From Trueperaceae bacterium (lineage in GTDB: Bacteria; Deinococcota; Deinococci; Deinococcales; Trueperaceae), in assembly GCA_965213705.1 (NCBI GenBank), contig OZ243913.1, positions 3,840,001 through 3,904,000 on the forward strand: a DNA stretch of 64,000 nucleotides. Direction: 5' to 3'. Made by a program: the position numbers and the translations under genes. The stretch's first letter is position 1. Each line of letters opens with the position of its first letter. This document shows, piece after piece, positions 60,763 to 64,000 of the stretch. The notes under the pieces were generated by a model. It was not told where the DNA came from, did no database searches, and saw only the letters and a program-made list of their open reading frames with translations.

Positions 60763-61086
60763 TTGTCAGAGGCCGCGCCGCATACTGGCTTCAAACGATT
60801 GGAGAAAGTCACCGTGATAGTTCCCCAGAGCGAGCCCAGCCCGGAAACCCACAAGCCCGACACCTCGGCCACGCTGCAGCAGCAGCAGATTTGGTATCAG
60901 GACACCGGCCGGCCGTCGTTGTGGCACCGCGGGGGCGAACTTATCAACACGGCGGCGCTCGCCCAGGAGGACGAAACCTTTCAAAGCAAGGACTTTTACA
61001 GCGACGTGCTCAGGGTGGTGCAAATTGTTTTTCCGCTCGAGACGGACGACTACCCGCTCAGGGTGAGAAGGGGTTCGCACTCCTGA
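60763..61086 (+). CDS. Small hypothetical protein (LINTAAL motif), start uncertain
   Basis: W.Q....P.LW...LINTAAL shared with 60513-60701. Confidence 0.6.
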   Translation: MSEAAPHTGFKRLEKVTVIVPQSEPSPETHKPDTSATLQQQQIWYQDTGRPSLWHRGGELINTAALAQEDETFQSKDFYSDVLRVVQIVFPLETDDYPLRVRRGSHS

Positions 61087-61215
61087 GCCGCTTTTCGCCA
61101 GACAGCAAAACAATCCTAATTCGGTAACCCTGAAAAACGGCTCGAGACGGTAGGATAGAAAGACAAGCGGTCGGGGTCGAACCCCGCCGCGTCCACCCAG
61201 TCTTTCAGGAGTCCT

Positions 61216-63522
61216 ATGAGCAACTTAAAAGAAGCCCCGCCCGCTCCCGACGAGCGCGCCGTGAGCCCCAACTTCATCACCGACATCGTCGACGAGGACG
61301 TGGCTACGGGCAAGGTCAAAAAGGTCGTCACGCGCTTTCCGCCCGAGCCGAACGGCTACGCACACATCGGCCACGCCTTTGCCAGCCTCATCAACTACGG
61401 CGTCGCGACGGACTACCGCGGCCAGTTCAACCTGCGGCTTGACGACACCAACCCCGAAACCGAAAAAGAGGAGTTCGCCGCGGCGCAAATAGCGGACCTC
61501 GCCTGGCTGGGTTTGCAGTGGGACGGCCACCTCTACTACGCCTCGGACTATTTCGAGCAGCTTTACAACCTGGCGGTGCGGCTGATAAAAGAGGGCAAGG
61601 CCTACGTCGACAGCTCGTCCGAAGAGGAGATTCAGGACTACCGCGGCACCGTGACCGAGCCGGGCCGGGCGAGTCCCTACCGTGAGCGCACGGTTGAAGA
61701 AAACTTGGACTTGTTCGAACGCATGAACGCGGGCGAGTTTCCCAAGGGCGCGCACGTGCTGCGGGCCAAAATCGACATGGCGAACCCCAACATGAAACTG
61801 CGTGACCCGCTGCTCTACCGCATCTCGCACGCGCCGCATTACCGCACCGGCCATAAGTGGCACGTTTACCCGATGTACGACTTCGCGCACCCGCTCTCAG
61901 ACGCGATTGAGGGCGTGACCCACTCGCTCTGCTCTTTGGAGTTTATCGAGAACCGCGCGGTTTACGACTGGCTGGTCGAGAACCTGTTCGGCGAGCAGCG
62001 GCCTTACCAGTACGAGTTCGGGCGGCGCAGCTTGGAGTACACGGTCGTGAGCAAGCGCAAGCTCGCGGCGCTTATCAGCGGCGGCTACGTGACGGGTTGG
62101 GACGACCCGCGGATGCCGACGCTGGCCGGGTTGCGGCGGCGCGGCGTGACGAAAGAAGCGGTTCGGGACTTTGTGGGCCGCATCGGCGTGTCGCGCACCA
62201 ACCGCACCGTGGACATGGCGCTGTTGGAATACAGCCTCCGCGACGACTTGAACGCCAAAGCCAAACGGGTGATGGCGGTGCTCGAGCCCCTCAAAGTTAC
62301 CCTGACGAACTACGACGGTGAGGAAACGCTTCAAGCGCCCTACTGGCCGCCCGACGTGCCCAAAGAGGGTTCACGCACGGTGCCTTTTTCGGGCGAACTC
62401 TACATCGAGCGCGAGGACTTCGAGGAGAAGCCAGCTCGAGGCTTTCGGCGCTTGTCGCCGGGCGAGTCTGTGCGGTTGCGCCACGCCTACATCATCCACT
62501 GCGACAAGGTGGTCAAAAGCGACGCGGGTGAGGTTGTCGAGTTGCGCTGCACCTACTTAAAAGACTCCCTCGGCGAGACGCCCGCGGGCGTCAAGGTCAA
62601 GGGGGCAATTCACTGGGTTGCGGCCGAGGACGCCGTCAAAGCCGAGTTTCGCCTGTACGACCGACTGTTCACCGTACCCGACCCGGAGAACGGGGAGCGG
62701 GACTTGCTCGAGTACGTCAACCCGGCCTCGCTCCAAACCAAACGCGGCTTCGTCGAACCGAGCGTCCTCAGCGACCCGCCCGACACGCGTTACCAGTTCG
62801 AGCGGCAGGGCTACTTTTGGCAAGACCCCGAGGACTCAGGGCCGGACGCCCTCGTGTTCAACCGCATCGTCAGCCTAAAAGATTCCTGGTCCAAAACTGA
62901 ACCGGAACCCGTCGCGAGCGCGCCCAAAGTCGCTGCCAAACCGGGCGAGGTGCGCGACCCGGTGTTGGACTTTTCGCTTGAACAAAAGGCCAAGCTCGAG
63001 CAACTCACCACCTTAGGCGTCGCCCACGACGACGCGGTGCTCATCGCCGAAAATCCCAAGCTCACGCCGTTTTTCGAAGAGGCCGTGCGACACCACGACC
63101 ACCCGCAGGCGCTCGCCAACTGGACGGTGAACGACCTTCGCCGTGAACTGAGCGGTGACGACCCGAGCGAACTTGAGTTCGGCCCCGCGGACTTGGCCGA
63201 ACTCGTCGCCCTGGTCGACGACGGCACCATCAACACCCGCATCGCCAAAGAGGTGTTCGCCGAGATGGTCGTGAGCGGCCAACACCCGCGCAACATCGTT
63301 ACGGCGCGGGGTTTAGAGCAAGTGACCGATGCGGGCGCGCTCGAGCCCGTCATTGACAAGCTATTGCGGGACAACCCGGACAAGTTGGCAGCTTACCGCG
63401 GCGGCAAAACCGGCTTGATGGGCTTTTTTGTGGGCGCTGCCATGCGGGAGACCGGCGGCAGGGCGAACCCGCAACTGGTCAAAGACATGCTTGCGGAGAA
63501 GTTGGCGGGCTCGAGCGGGTAA
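61216..63522 (+). CDS. glnS: Glutamine--tRNA ligase with C-terminal YqeY/GatB-like domain
   Basis: RFPPEPNGYAHIGH, VSKR, FERQGYF; C-terminal GFFVG..MRETGGRANP. Confidence 0.96.
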   Translation: MSNLKEAPPAPDERAVSPNFITDIVDEDVATGKVKKVVTRFPPEPNGYAHIGHAFASLINYGVATDYRGQFNLRLDDTNPETEKEEFAAAQIADLAWLGLQWDGHLYYASDYFEQLYNLAVRLIKEGKAYVDSSSEEEIQDYRGTVTEPGRASPYRERTVEENLDLFERMNAGEFPKGAHVLRAKIDMANPNMKLRDPLLYRISHAPHYRTGHKWHVYPMYDFAHPLSDAIEGVTHSLCSLEFIENRAVYDWLVENLFGEQRPYQYEFGRRSLEYTVVSKRKLAALISGGYVTGWDDPRMPTLAGLRRRGVTKEAVRDFVGRIGVSRTNRTVDMALLEYSLRDDLNAKAKRVMAVLEPLKVTLTNYDGEETLQAPYWPPDVPKEGSRTVPFSGELYIEREDFEEKPARGFRRLSPGESVRLRHAYIIHCDKVVKSDAGEVVELRCTYLKDSLGETPAGVKVKGAIHWVAAEDAVKAEFRLYDRLFTVPDPENGERDLLEYVNPASLQTKRGFVEPSVLSDPPDTRYQFERQGYFWQDPEDSGPDALVFNRIVSLKDSWSKTEPEPVASAPKVAAKPGEVRDPVLDFSLEQKAKLEQLTTLGVAHDDAVLIAENPKLTPFFEEAVRHHDHPQALANWTVNDLRRELSGDDPSELEFGPADLAELVALVDDGTINTRIAKEVFAEMVVSGQHPRNIVTARGLEQVTDAGALEPVIDKLLRDNPDKLAAYRGGKTGLMGFFVGAAMRETGGRANPQLVKDMLAEKLAGSSG

Positions 63523-63557
63523 TCAAAACGTCGCAACGGTGCCGGTTTGGATTACGT

Positions 63558-63842
63558 TCACCGGTAAATCTTTTTACTACCGGAGTGGCCGCCAATTCGT
63601 AACAGGTCGATGACATCAGGCTCACCGTAATCCCAAGCGATGCGGATGTCGCGGGTAACTTCAACGCTGAAAACTGGGTTGCCATCGCTGTCAAAAGCTT
63701 TGTGGCTTTTCAACTTCGGGTCGCGCGGATTGGTTTGCAACAGGACAAGGACCGAACGAACTTGCTCAGCAAGTTCAGGTTGTCTTTTGAGAAGCTTCTT
63801 GAGTTCGCGGGCAAAGCGTGGTTTGCGATTTAAAGTAAACAT
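63558..63842 (-). CDS. RelE/YafQ-superfamily type II toxin
   Basis: Basic 94-aa protein: F.RELKKL, LKSHK, DIRI, LLRIGGH; GAGGT RBS. Confidence 0.85.
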   Translation of the reverse strand: MFTLNRKPRFARELKKLLKRQPELAEQVRSVLVLLQTNPRDPKLKSHKAFDSDGNPVFSVEVTRDIRIAWDYGEPDVIDLLRIGGHSGSKKIYR

Positions 63843-63891
63843 ACCTCAAGCTTACAAGGGAGATAGGTCAGGCTTCACCGTAATTTTGAAA

Positions 63892-64000
63892 TCACTCGCC
63901 CAACGCTTCCGCCATAATCTCGTCCACGCTCATGATGCGCCCTTTCTCTTTACGGGCCTCAGTTATTTCTTGTGCCTCTTCTTTGGAGATGTCGAGCGTC
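63892..64000 (-). CDS. Probable antitoxin, C-terminal part (runs off the window)
   Basis: TLDISKEEAQEITEARKEKGRIMSVDEIMAEALGE* upstream of toxin. Confidence 0.6.
   Translation of the reverse strand, partial: TLDISKEEAQEITEARKEKGRIMSVDEIMAEALGE

Noticed and set aside
61216..63522. GlnRS-YqeY fusion as a novelty
   Set aside because: Already described for Deinococcus GlnRS.
9916..63522. Numerous antisense and alternate-frame ORFs in the track
   Set aside because: Expected shadows of high-GC genes; only the HNH ORF has independent protein motifs.

Overview
This is a 64-kb bacterial chromosome segment, most likely Deinococcota (Truepera-like). That placement is inferred from the GlnRS-YqeY fusion, the csaB/DUF5693 pair, c-di-GMP-II riboswitches and the rpmH sequence. 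The first ~9.9 kb is a visibly lower-GC accessory block. It carries polysaccharide genes (O-antigen ligase/Wzy-like, GT2, GT4) and three paralogous unknown lipoproteins, two of them transcribed divergently behind c-di-GMP-II riboswitches. Most of 10-45 kb is high-GC housekeeping DNA: cax, an aminotransferase, clpC-radA-PIN/TRAM, gatA, TPP riboswitch-thiB, a GH15/phosphorylase-kinase-like gene, rpmH-rnpA-yidD-yidC-jag, gmk, pyrG, udk, csaB, tRNA-Ser, pspA and purN-purD. At 45-53 kb is a LuxR-linked surface-lipoprotein cluster with two broken genes. The standout is at 55.2-57.2 kb. A spore-photoproduct-lyase-family radical SAM gene is fractured inside its CxxxCxxC motif by a naturally split intein (acidic 96-aa N-intein, basic 39-aa C-intein with its own RBS). 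An HNH endonuclease gene lies between the halves on the opposite strand and overlaps the N-intein coding sequence. The window also shows strong CTCGAG over-representation and dispersed heptamer repeats. All calls come from reading the sequence by eye; no searches were run.
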